Assembly (NCBI GenBank): GCA_965649765.1
Contig: OZ287752.1
Location: 41,168,001-41,232,000, forward strand
DNA: 64,000 bases
Direction of reading: 5' to 3'
DNA from: Bispira polyomma
Taxonomy: Eukaryota
A program made the position numbers and the translations under genes. Under the pieces are notes generated by a model. It was given only the letters and a program-made list of their open reading frames with translations, searched no databases and had not been told where the DNA came from. Shown here piece after piece: positions 50,601 to 63,412 of this stretch (positions within the stretch are counted from its first letter, which is position 1; each line of letters begins with the position of its first letter).

Positions 50601-51749
50601 TATAAAAATGTTTGTTAACTATACAGTCAGGATACTGTAAGAAACAAAGCAAAAGACTGTTGTAATGGTGTATTCTACTCAGTTTAACATATAAATTGTC
50701 CAATAATGAATATCATGCATTAGAATAGTTTTGTGATGGCTAAAACAACATACTAACAAGAAAATGTATTTACTGTTTTCAACTAAGCATACTTTAGACT
50801 TTACTGTGTATGTAACGTGAGTTGTATGTATAATTAAGTTATATAACAAAAGAAGATAAGAGTTGTCTTTTAAAAAAGACACAGACGCAGAGTGAAAGAA
50901 ATGTTAATCCGACACCTGTTAGTTTGGCCGGATCGATTGCTTCCTACCAATCCATGAAGGCCTTACATATTATGTTCAGCATGACAGCAATATCAGGCAG
51001 TGCCTGATATTATTAGGCCGACACCCCTCAGTTTGACAGGGTTGATTGCTAACCAATCTATACAGTCTTCACATATTAGTTCCAACAGGGCGGCACTTTT
51101 CAACATAGCTGCGCCCTTTTCAAAGTGGGCCTGATACAAAAGCATTACAAAACGAGTTCTGTGGGTATTTCTAATCTTGTAAACTTGGCAAGTGGTGTTT
51201 ACTTTCATTTTACACTTATTTAGCTACAATTAGTTTTTTGCTATATGGTCTAAAATTTCGCCATTTTAGTGTTTGTTCTAGGTTAAATGGTATTCAGTAT
51301 CCAAAAATCATAATTGATGAAACACAAAAACACTAAAAGATCAACTGATAGCCGGGACATAGCAGTAGGACAATCAAATGCAAAACTGTTATCAAAATAA
51401 TACTTAGAATTAACCTGTGTATTTTTGACTTATAATTAGGAACGTCAAGGAATATATTTATTGGTGATTTCATCTCCTGTTATTAACACTGCATTTGTAG
51501 TACATATTTTAGGTATGGTATGCATGCCCGAATAAAAAAAATGCATACACAATTGTATTTGTCAAACTCCAAACAGTGAGTTACAGTAATCTAGCCTAAT
51601 CTAGCCTGGTACCAATTGCAGCAGAGTTTGGCAGATACCTCTGAGAGCTGTAAGAACAACGAATCGAGACCTGCATACTGATTTAACATGACTAGAGTAA
51701 TTGAAAGCACAATCCAACGAACACCTGGCTTCCTCCTCACCTTTTCAGC

Positions 51750-52357
51750 AGAGAATAGTAATGTACCAATAATTTTGACTGCAAAACAAGTAAAAGGTTC
51801 TGCACGTTGAATATTGGAGCCCCAAACAAGATGTACTCAGTCTTATCTGGGTTCAACTTGAGCTTATTTGAGGCCATCCAAATCCTAACATCTATGAATC
51901 TTGCTTAAAAAAGTTCAAAGACGCCAGCTGAAGTTCTAGGGTGAGATGCACATGTGTTATCAGCATAGAAATGATACTTTCATGAACAAGAGGAGGATAT
52001 CATTTTACTGAGGGATGTTATATACACATTTCTTTATCTTAAGGTGAACCCATGGCATTGGTGCTGCTCGAGCTGTCGACTGCCTTTGATACTATTGATA
52101 ACAGCACACTTTTTGACTGTTTGTCATCATGGTTTGGTTTCCAAGGCACTGTCTTGAAATGGTTTACTTCATATATCTCAACCTACCTTTTTTGGCAAGG
52201 TGTTTCCACCTCAGCGTCCTTACCTTTATCCGGCGTATCCATGATCACGACCCCTGTACGTCCAATGGCTATATATAATTGTCAAATAATTTTCTGTCTC
52301 ATGCTCTTTAGAATCTGCTAGCATAGAGATAAGCGCTATAAAAGTTAGATTAGATTA
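51750..52357. mobile_element. Rearranged L2/CR1 fragment (inverted 5' piece plus sense piece and tail)
   Basis: Minus: YHFYAD...WMASNKLKLNPDKTEYILFG; plus: ALVLLELSTAFDTID then 3' tail aagcgctataaaagttagattagattag. Confidence 0.75.
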
Positions 52358-53649
52358 GGTGTAGAGAGAAAACAGCATTGGTCGTAAGACTGACACTCTG
52401 AATTTAAGCAACTCTGGATCTGACAGAACATTGCCAAAGATAATAGGGAATAGAACATATTTTAACACGTTTTAAATTAGATTGTTAAAATATGATTACC
52501 TATTTATATGTCTGAATGCATATCTGTTATACATATTGTTGGGTTTTTCTTTGTTGGAGTTCTCTTCCTTAATGTACTTTTTTATTTTGGCGGCTCTCTA
52601 TATATATATCTCGGCTAACTAATATTAACTCTCAAACTACCTAACTATCTCTAACTACATCCCAACAGCTAAAGCCGTCTCCCTTGTATACAGAATTTCA
52701 TCTCGGAAGTGGAGCCTGAAAATGGAGCCAGGAAGAGCCCGAGAATCAAGCTTATTCAAATTAGTTCTTAGACTTTCTTTCTTATGGTTTACTTTTAAAT
52801 ATAGCACAGGACTTCACTTAAAACAGATTAACTTCTGCAACAACATGTACCAGAGCATTTTATTATTGTAATTTTTTATGAAAGACTGTTTTCCCCAAAC
52901 AGAAAGATATGGCAATAGTTTTCTGGATATTCTTACTTTGTCTAGTCCATGCAGTGCTTTGATGAAGTTTAGGTGAGTTTGTCTTCCATAAAGTCTCCAC
53001 CCAGTCCAAAAAGAGCCAGTATATTTTAAATTATATATTTTTTTCCTTAATAGTCGAACTTTGGTCTATGGAGTGGTTTAAGGCTTGGTGAGGTTTCATA
53101 AAAAAGCTGGCATGTTTGTCCTCTATGTTTGTTAAGGCTGGCCGGAGTAATAGAATAAAAATTAATAACAAACGAAATATTATTTTCACAATCATTTATT
53201 TACTGCACGATAGACATGTAAATTATAGGACACAAAGAGTTTGAATTTATTACAACTTTCAGCGTCATCAGGTCAAAAATGAATTCCTTCTTATTATAAA
53301 CCTTAAAGATTTAACATGTGTGCCAGTTAATTAGATATATTTTGAGATATATAATATATATATATATAATTTTAGATATATTTTTTAGATTGCATTTAAA
53401 ATCTGAGTACATTTGTTATAATAATAATAGTTTATTTTTCGCACTCGTAGTACATATTCAATACATATATGACAAACAGACAATAAAACAGACAAACTAT
53501 TTACAACAGCAAGTAAGTATGTATCGAAAAGACGAGGTAACTTTAAATGTACAATTCAATTCAAAATTGATCTTCACATAGATATTTTAGTATAAGATTT
53601 ATTTCATACCTTGTAAATCTTGTAGTGTTATCTCTTAGATACAGTAAGT

Positions 53650-55200
53650 CCTTAATATTTTCCACAAAAAAACATTCATTTGTCTCATTCATACCATTTC
53701 TACAGGCCTAAAAAATCTGGTAACTCTAAGTCTCAACAAGTTCATCTTTACCAATATTGACTATTTTTGCCATACTATTTATATTATTGCTTACATTAGA
53801 ACTATTCCCTGACAAAGCCAACTTAGCACAAGTAGAGATGACATAGTTAATACTAGAAATACAACTCTAAAAAAACTTTAAAAATCTCTTATACATCTGC
53901 ATGTACAACTCTTGGTCATCACATATAGAACTAAGGTACCTGTTGTGGGTACGTGGAGCTAATCTCCATATCACAGACTTCCTCCAGGCTATTGTCAAAT
54001 CCTTGAATTCTTTGCTATTATAATCCCACAAAACACATCCATATAGTGATTTACAATATCTTTTGAACAATTTAAACCTGACACATGAATGGGTCTTAGA
54101 GAATATAAAATTTATACAGTTTGTTGCTACAGTAAATTTATCCTTAGCCACTTTAACTATTTCATTTTTATTGTCAGAGCTAATTTGCAACACTAAATGA
54201 GAAACACTTCTAACAGTTTTAATGAATATACCATTATGGGTTATACCAGATATACCACCAGTTGATATTTGTCTAGATCAAACTTGATATCAAAATCTGC
54301 ACCAAATTGGTCACATATCTGTGACTTTATTTTGATACAAGAAACCGTTGGACATAGTAAAGTTATATTATCTGCATATCCAAAACTACCCATGTACTCA
54401 TTGCTAATATGACACCCTACACCACTTTTCTTTAATCTCATATACAATTCATCAATGTACAATGAAAACAAAATGGGAGACATAACACCTCCCTGTTTAA
54501 CTCCATTTGAGACATTAAAATATTTCGACAAATAACTTCCCCATTTAACATTTATCATTTGAGACAAATACATATTCATCATCAATTTTGTAACTTTAGG
54601 ACAAAGACCTTTATTAACCAATACCTCAAAAAGTTTTTTATATTGCACACAATCAAATGCTTTACTTGTATCTAATAACATTAAGTACATATTTTTACTG
54701 TTATTCATATAATACTGAGTAATTTCATTATTGACAATGAACATTTTGTTGTAGAATGTTGTGACTTGAAGCCAAACTGATATCTACTTGATTCAAACAC
54801 ATGCTTATTCAGTTTTAACGGAACTAAATCAAATAGTTAACCAAAAACACTGCTGAGAGCAATAGCTCTATAATTATTAGAACCATTCAAAGACTTTCTC
54901 TTGTCCTTTGGGATAGGAATAAGTATTGATTTTGAACAATAATTCTGAAGGTATAACACAGTATTTTAACATTGCACAAAATGCTAATGATATGTAGACA
55001 TATAGTCTGTGCGTCCCATATTTGATATTATTGGTACAATACCTGTGACCACTATCATATTTTCCTAATTTAAATTTTTTACTTTCACTAATGATATCTT
55101 GTACAGATATATTATGATCCGACTAACACTTTTCCCTGATCACATATATGTCCAATGTTCTTATCAACTACATTTTCTAAATTTTTTATTTTACTTTTAT
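53650..55200 (-). mobile_element. Non-LTR retrotransposon RT fragment (RTE-X-like)
   Basis: ORF 54241-54744 LLDTSKAFDCV...NGVKQGGVMSP.LFSLYIDEL...YADNITLL; ORF 53867-54193 LFKRYC.SLYGC.LW. Confidence 0.85.
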
Positions 55201-55536
55201 CATATGAAACGTTTGTAAAAGGAAGTATTAAAAGCAACCATAATTGGTACTAGATGTCCATATTTTATTCTCCTTTGACTGACAATACTTTAAAACTTGC
55301 AAAAATACCTTATACAACTTTCAGATGTACCGGGCAATGCGATACAATATTGAAATACATCTGACACTACTTATTTGAAAGAAAGTCAATTTGGTAGAAT
55401 TCAATCTATAGTTTATGACACATTTTACATATTCTATTATATATCATCAGACTCAATGCAGACAGAATTTAATATTCTGCAAAATTAGACTTTTTACCAT
55501 GATATTGAATATGATACATAGATATATATTTATATA

Positions 55537-55539
<3 letters not shown>

Positions 55540-55578
<39 letters not shown>
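55540..55578. repeat. (TA)n microsatellite about 110 nt past the copy D stop codon
   Basis: Direct observation. Confidence 0.95.
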
Positions 55579-55581
<3 letters not shown>

Positions 55582-55687
55582 GAAATATCCATTTTTTTAT
55601 GGTTTAGTAAATCAATAATATTATCAAAACATAAACGCAATGCTTAACATAATCTATGCTTGTTAAGATGGAAAAAGCTAAAACATT

Positions 55688-55772
55688 TCAGTAATAGAGA
55701 GTGGTGGCAAAAGCTGTACTTCTGGGTCTTCCAGTAGAAGGTTCCAAATTTCTCCAGATCTCCTTAGATGAT
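55688..55772 (-). CDS. BHMT: BHMT copy D exon 8 (85 nt, terminal)
   Basis: [27 protein letters not shown] (TGA 55690-55688). Confidence 0.9.
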
Positions 55773-58700
55773 CTGAAATAAAAATACAGGTACTAATAAT
55801 ACATAAATAATTGTGACACTACGTAAATACATGAGCTTAATGCATTACAATTTAGAACTAAGTAAAGCTGAACCATTTATTACCTTAAAAACACAAAATT
55901 GTTTTTTATATATGAAACGGATTGGTACCAAAAGGCTTGTCTTAATTGATTGACAAAAAAACATTATTGTAAGCCTCTGATTTTGTCACATGGACATGCA
56001 TTTTTCAAACGATCATATTAATTATATAACCTGTTTCTGAGTAAATCTCTGGGACTTGTTTCTAGACCAGACAGGATGTGGTCAAACTCTTGGGTTACTT
56101 CTGCTACTTTGCAACGTTCTTTTGTTAATTCCTCTGACATTGCCCTACACAAAAATATATTGGAACAGCAGGGGTATTATCTAGACATCCATATGACTTT
56201 TGTAAATAACTTCTGCACACACTAGATGTAATATGTGATACATAAATGGCTCCCTATAAGTGGAAACTTTGGTTGATCATTTATATATTAGTACTGTTGT
56301 GAATTTAGGTATTCCAAATGGAAATCTTGCATGAAGTCACGAGAGTTCACACACAAACAGTGGAAAATCTGATCGATAAAACTTCAGTTAGAATGTAGAT
56401 TTTAATGTAAACTGACCTGTTTAGAATCATCTGTGAAGGGATACAAACAGACGGGTAAAATATACTGCAGTGGTAATGCTGGTATTGGTATTCAAACTTA
56501 TATTTAGCACACCACCTCGCCTAGTCTATGATTCAAAGTGCCAATAAAGCTTTTTGACTCCGAAAGTAAGTTCAGCAAACAGACGTTTTATCAATCTCCG
56601 CCAGAGGATTTAGTCTGCAGAGGATGACTGTTTTAAACTGTGATCCAAGCTATTGCGTATCTGCCTGACCTAGGAATTTTAAAGCACACGAACAAAATTA
56701 TCAACTTTGAACTCAATTTTTGAGTTTATAGTTCAACTAAACTAAAAACTGTTGATATTCAAAATTCGGAGTATACGTTAAAACAATGTTCAGTTGTTGG
56801 CTCAGGAGGTGAGCTGAAAATATCACACTGGAAGCTGAGGAACTTTTGATTTAAGGGCCTTTGTGAAGAAAATGATTATTCCATGATTAGGAATAGCTAT
56901 TTGATTACTCTCTGAATGATGCTATTTATTGCAACCTTTGATTCCGTAGAGCTAAAAAAAGCAATGTTTATAGCAATGTGAGATCAAAATACCAACTTTA
57001 CTATAATTTCTGGTGACACAAAAACTGACTTCATACGTCGGAGTTTAAAGTAATACAGCCACAGGTTAGGTTTCAAAAAAGTTTTAATGCATTCCTAAAC
57101 AAATGTGTTTTACACTCGACCAGAGTTGCATTATTACTTCTGTTGTTGTGCAAGCATATCACTCCGCTGTATTGTATTATGGATTTTAAACGGGCCTTAT
57201 TGATGCAAAACGTATGATACCAAATGCATATTCTTTTCATCTGGCTATTGATTTAATATTGTGATTTTTTACCTGATGTGATATGGTTCAAATCCACAGC
57301 ACCCTCCAATGTATCTCACACCCAGTTCATAGGCTTCTCTGGCATACTTCTGGGCTTCAAATCTAGTAATTACTCTTGGTTCATATGCTATAACATAATG
57401 AATTATAAAATGGGGTTAAGTATATATTATTTTAATTATGAACAAAGAAATGTTTAATCTCTTTGAGATAAGTGTTCATGAATTCCAGCACAATCCGACA
57501 GCTGAATAAAATAAACTTATTTTCACCATATTAATGACAGATGAGAAAATCATAACATATAAAACATATTTGCACTAAAGCTTACTGCATCAATATGACC
57601 ATGTCTATTGCTACATTTATTTAATCCACTCAAATTGTAAACAGATCTGAATGCCCAAACAGGCATATTTCCAGCTTTCTTCTCATCAATGACCTTCATG
57701 AAGCCAGTTTGACCTTGAACCTTACCTGTAAGATTATTGAATCATACAGAAATACCCCAGTCAGTTCAATGGCATATGACTAAAATACTGGAAATGTACT
57801 TTATGACCCCCAACCTGAACTTGAATCTAAGCTCAGAGATGAACTTGGAACTTTTGGGGGTCCACAACGTGGTTCACAACCTAACCTTTAAGATTATACC
57901 GCACTACCGAAGCAATATAGTAGCAAGTTTGGTGTCAATCCAAGTACATTAGAACCTTTGAGTTACGGACATTTTGAGAAAGTGAGAATTTGTTTGGATA
58001 ATAGAAGGTCTGTAAAGTATAAATTGCATAATAGTATAAAACAATAGGAAAAAACTGTTTGTGAGTGACTTTCAATTGGTAAAATCTAATATTTGTAGTC
58101 GACATCTCCATGAGGGCCTTTCAATACAAAATTCTCTTAAGAATCATTCCAACAAATAAACATTTAAAATTATGTAAGATAACAGAAGATGATAAATGTG
58201 ATTTCTGTAAAGTATCAACAGAAACCATTGAACATCTCTTTTGGTTTTGTCCAGTGATTAACAATTTTTGGAAAAAATTATCTGACCGACTACAAAGGTG
58301 TATAGAGATTCAAGAAATGCTTAATCTCAAAACTGTATTGCTGGGACATACAAATATTAACAACGAGTTGCACAATCATATATTTAATATTGTAAAAAAA
58401 TATATCTATATTACAAAATGTAAAAAAGAAGAACTCAGAGTTGAACAACTAGTCAGACTTTTAAAATATTATTACAATATTGAAAAACTACTAGTTGAAC
58501 ATTACAACAAAAGCATAGACAAATTTAAACGTAAATGGGGACCTTTAGAACAATTTTTAACAGCATAAAATGAAAGATAGCCAACATCATTAAATAATTT
58601 TGGTCTAATGAAATAAAAAGTCAGTGGCCACATCGATCAATGTTGTGGGAGCCAAAAAAAAAATTTAAAAAAAATGAGTGTGAATGAAATTTGAAGTATA

Positions 58701-61700
58701 CTCTTTCAAGTGTTAAATTTGCAAATTTATGTAAAGTGTAATTGAATGTACATGTAGTTAAAAGTGCTTACACCGCATGTTTGTAATACTGTTATCATAT
58801 TCTGATGTGTTTTTGTTTTTTGAAAGATATGGAAACTTGTTTTACAGCTCTAGAACTAAAATGTCTCTCTGTCAATGCATTTAAAAATAAAAAAAATTTG
58901 GGTTTCTCCTGAAGTTACGATACCAACACTAATGTATAAACTCCCAGTCAGTGTTCTTAAATGAATGATGATTAAAGCTTGTGGAATAGCTATATTTTTA
59001 ATGTATAAACTATCTGGGTATCTTTTGTACACTGTGTTGTGTATGCCATTGTAAAGGGGTCAGTGGGAGGTTGCAACCTCTTTTCCTCCGCACTGTACTC
59101 TTCAACAAATGTTGATTTTTTCTTTTAAAAGGGGGAATAAACCATAAAATGATAAAAAATATTTGTATGAAAAACGGTTGTATGATAGAGGTTTTATCAG
59201 AACATTTTTGAGATATAACACAATATACTGAAAATGAGGTCAAAATTGCTCTATCTCGAGCCGTATTTTTTTGAGAAAAACACAGCACTTCAAGATGGCC
59301 CCCAAATCGGAATTTTTCGGAAAAGTTGTTATAGACTCTAAACAAGATGCCTTTTAGGCCGGAAATGAGGTCAAAATCTATCTAGCCCCATTCCCGAGAT
59401 AACAGACGTTTGCACTGGCAATCTTTACAAAAATTTAAAAAATTTTAATGAATAGGTGGCAAGGCATATGCATGCAAAATTACAGACTGATCCCTTCCGG
59501 GGTTCTGGAAAAGAAGATTGTCAAAGAAAGTGTACAGGAAGTAAAAAAAAAATCAGGAAATCTCTAGCACCTGTAGTTTAAGAGACGAAGCTGTTGACAT
59601 GGACACAAATATGTACGCGGATGCCAACCCATTGGAATAAGTCAGCTGACTTAAAAAAGAAAAAGAGAAAGTATGAGTTTGATTTACTATTTACATAAAC
59701 TTTTGTTGAAACTAAAATATATATCAATCAAATATCTTCTCACAGTCATTAGCTGTTTAGTAAGGTTTTATTCTTACCAAGAAAGTGCTCTGGGGTGTGC
59801 AGATATCCTAGGCCAGTCTCTATGTCTGGGGTATGTAGTGCCAGAGGTTGGCATATAAGGTAGGGTTTAAGGTCTGCTTTATCAAGGGCTTCTTTCATAA
59901 TCCTCATGCTTTTTAATACGACATTCGGCCCAAAACAACAATTTACGCCAACAATGTCAGCACCTGTAGCATACAAAACATACTTCACATTAAATGTTTG
60001 TTTGTAAGACATGATTTGAAGTTGTTTATTCTTGTACAACTGCCAGCCAGTGCAGCCATCTTACTTTCTGACTTCCTGATAGTATGCACCAAGCTGTCTA
60101 TGGTTGTTTTAGTTAAATCATACACATTTCAGCTCAGATTTATTTTATTTGTCCTTACCACATATAGATCCACACGTTCACTGGTGTTATTTTATACTTA
60201 ATACAACCATATATGCGAATTTTGTTGGGTTTTTACGTCACTTTTAACAGCTTAGGTCATATCATGATGGCCAGATTTAATGGTGAAACAAACCAATTCT
60301 AATGCACTGTAAACCACTGGCCTACGGCAAGTACCTGACAAACTTTCCTACATGAAGGGACAAACAGAATTTAAAACTACATTGATGATAGGCCAATGAT
60401 TGTAAAAAAGAAGCTGACTGTTTTAGATTGATGTTTGTATGTTACGGTGTTTATAATTAAGAACAGTTATGAATTTTTAAAATCTAACAATGACATAATT
60501 AAGCTTACAGGTTTATACTAGATTTACACTGGATGATGTTGCCCCTTTTTGTTTTGGGATGATGTATGAAATCTGTTAAGTATCGTAAATATACATCCCT
60601 TGCAAGACCTATTTCTGTTAATTGCCAAAAATTATATAAATACACCTGCTTTAGCCATGCGTACGGCACACTCTGCTGTTGGTACATCATTCATGTCTGC
60701 ATTTGGACCAACACACATTGTAGCTGCCACCGGTTTTCCTGTTTCTTTGGCAGCCTCTATGGCCCACTCCATCTCTTCTATTGTGGGAAAGAACTTGTTG
60801 TGTAAAATAGATTGAGAAAAAGTAAAGCATATTACTGTATTTTATAAATGGGATTACTATCATTTTCTGCAATGATGTGTTATTACATGTAGGTTACCAA
60901 ATAAGTCCAAAAGGTTATTGTAAAATTAATCTAAATTATAATAGCCTTTATAATATTCTGACAATATTATTTTCCATCAGCATTTAATTTATTCTGAAAG
61001 TTTTTGTGGCATTTTGAAAGAGACTCAACCTTCCATATAGATTTAACATTTAAGGTTGATATATATAATTATAGTTTTGCTATTGTATTAATTTAGTAGT
61101 CAGCTTTATAATTTAATGGGTGTTCCTGCTTTAGTTAAATTTTGAAACAATAATACAATAGCATGATGCTGCGGACAGTACAACAGCCTATATGCCATCA
61201 TGGTGGAGTGGGATACATAGGACGGCACTTATTCAAACACATACCTCTAAGTTGCCACGATGTACCACATCGCAAATAACATCCTAGATCTGCATATTTA
61301 CCTTGTTCTGTTCCCAAATGTATTGGATTATTTCTTGTCTTATGTCTTTTCCTTCACTGAACATGATGTAAGGTAAAGTAAAAAAGGGAAATAGGGGGAA
61401 ATATACCTACTTGGCAGAGGTAACTATTTAAAAAAAGTTTGAAATATGTATTATTTCTGAAACAATATTGTGAGCATTACCTCACAAATGATAAAATCTA
61501 CATCAAAGTCTTTAAAGAAATCAAGTTGCTTTCTGAATTCTTTAATGACATCTGTTTTTCCTTTTCTTTGATGTCTATAGGCCAATGTTTCTGAAATACT
61601 AACGGACACAAGGGCATTTCCAGTGTCAGCAACTTCTCGTGCCAGTTTAAAGGCAGCTATATTCACCTCCGGAGCCTTGTGATATAAAAAAATATATAGT

Positions 61701-63412
61701 AAAATAATGTCATAAATCAAGCAATTGTAATCACATGTTTACAGCATATTTATAAACATAAATGTAATAAAATGGTATCAAGTGACGCAGTCGTACAAAT
61801 TGATGGTCAAGTATAAAATTTAATGTTACAGTAGGAAGAAATATTAGAATTTAGTTTGTTATACTATAATGTACTGTATCATAAAATGAATGTAGCCTCA
61901 TAGATATTTACATACTTTTGGAAAATAGAAACAATCTTACATCTATCTTTTTTCCTTGGTCTTCCAAAGTCAACCTGGTCCTTATAAAATCACCCGTTCC
62001 ATAAAAAGTAAATGCTTGCATGACGTCAGCACCAGCTCGTAGGAATTCCCGGTGAAGCTGTCGAACTAAATTGGAATTAGAAGACAACAGTACTGTATGA
62101 AATAGGATATAAAGACTTTATGGAACAAGTTGCCTGTGGATATCAGATCTTCAAAATCACTACTAGAATTTAGAAAACAGCTCAAAACATACCTTTTTAA
62201 ATGTGCTTATAATGTTTAAAATTTTAATGATCAGCGCTTAGAGACACCTTATTTTGGTACACAAGAAGAATGTACATTGAAGAGACAGCTCTCTTAGGGA
62301 AACAGAATTGGCATTTTATTTGAAACAGAATTAAACCAATTTGGTTTGTTCTCCTTGAGTGTTCTTCAAAATACAATCATTACATAGAGATAGTATTTTC
62401 AGGGTCAAGCTTATAGCAATTTGAACAGCAAAAGTCAGGCTAGGACATGTCATTGCACATAAAATAATGAATTTCCTTAATTCGTGATTTCTAGATTATT
62501 GAGATACATTGTGCTACTGTGGACTAGTCGGTAACTCACTCGCTTAGAAACAGAAAGAACGTAGGTTCGATCGCAGCCTGGGTTAACCCAGTACCGGCAG
62601 ATATAGAGTAGCTTGGATGACCACTTAAAATGGTGGTGCTCTTCATTGGATCCTATCCCCAGTGGCAAAGGAACGTTGATAAATGGTCACCCCGCAAGCC
62701 TCTTTCTTCAGAAGAATAATAGTAACTGATGGTAGTTGGCAGTCAAAGAAAAGGTTAATTGCTGCGCATATATTTAATTACCAAAAGATTCTAAACAAAT
62801 ATATCAAGCTTATGAACCAAAGCCCACAAGTGATGTTAAATATCAACTCCTGGAAAAACTGCCCATAATGTGCAGGGTAGCAGTAAAAACATAAAAAAAT
62901 ATTTAGCAGCAGTATTTATATTCGACCTCTTCTGTAAATCTGCCGCTAACATGTAAGTCAAGAATAGGGACGACACATGGGTAGACAAAAATTAATGTTT
63001 CATTTTTTTTTTTTGTCAACTTTTCTTAGAACCATATTTTTTTTGTAATTTTATTATTTTTCATGTACAATATTATGCCGTTTATTACTTCTAGCAACAT
63101 TGTAAAGTTGTAAAAATCTTGGTACAATAAATCCACAAGCCCATATTGAACAGACTAGCAGTAGACCTGCCTCTTTTGTGAGCAGCAAACCCAGTCCTTA
63201 GGAACATTTTATCAGAAACTGTTACTGAGGGGCAAACTGAATTGTCAAGAAACAAATTCCTAACCTGCCTCTGGGTGATTGACAGTACATTCTGGTGTAT
63301 AGACAGCAGCTTTCACATAGCCCCTCTTTTCTAGTGCAAAACAGAATCCCCCATCTCCCAGTACTGGACCCTCAGCCAATCTTTCTAATATCCCTTGCCT
63401 TTTGTTAGCCAT
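55688..63412 (-). CDS. BHMT: BHMT-like gene copy D, complete, 8 coding exons, 371 aa
   Basis: Exons 63412-63265, 62065-61941, 61675-61481, 60793-60646, 59963-59778, 57387-57273, 56144-56031, 55772-55688 total 1116 nt, open frame, GT-AG. GVNC and GGCCG Zn motifs present. Confidence 0.95.
56031..56144 (-). CDS. BHMT: BHMT copy D exon 7 (114 nt)
   Basis: [37 protein letters not shown]. Confidence 0.92.
57273..57387 (-). CDS. BHMT: BHMT copy D exon 6 (115 nt)
   Basis: [39 protein letters not shown]. Confidence 0.94.
57995..58895 (+). mobile_element. Tx1/L1-like LINE 3' end (zf-RVT) in intron 5 of copy D
   Basis: ORF 58110-58568 [16 protein letters not shown]...CDFC...[10 protein letters not shown]...FW; A-rich tail near 58885. 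Confidence 0.85.
59778..59963 (-). CDS. BHMT: BHMT copy D exon 5 (186 nt)
   Basis: [27 protein letters not shown]...[20 protein letters not shown]. Confidence 0.93.
60646..60793 (-). CDS. BHMT: BHMT copy D exon 4 (148 nt)
   Basis: [49 protein letters not shown]. Confidence 0.93.
61481..61675 (-). CDS. BHMT: BHMT copy D exon 3 (195 nt)
   Basis: [33 protein letters not shown]...DVDFIICE. Confidence 0.93.
61941..62065 (-). CDS. BHMT: BHMT copy D exon 2 (125 nt)
   Basis: [42 protein letters not shown]. Confidence 0.93.
62115..62250 (+). mobile_element. L2/CR1 3' end fragment
   Basis: LWNKLP...[10 protein letters not shown] then cagcgcttagag tail motif. Confidence 0.65.
62510..62790 (+). mobile_element. 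tRNA-SINE, family 2
   Basis: gtggactagtcggta / ggttcgatc boxes; body shared with 17372-17705. Confidence 0.72.
63265..63412 (-). CDS. BHMT: BHMT copy D exon 1 (148 nt)
   Basis: [49 protein letters not shown]. Confidence 0.93.

Noticed and set aside
58110-58568. Independent zinc-finger host gene
   Set aside because: It is the zf-RVT C-terminus of a Tx1/L1 ORF2 with an A-rich tail, antisense within an intron.
2004-63412. Horizontal transfer or a prokaryote-like operon
   Set aside because: The genes have spliceosomal introns at positions shared with animal BHMT and a typical metazoan TE landscape.
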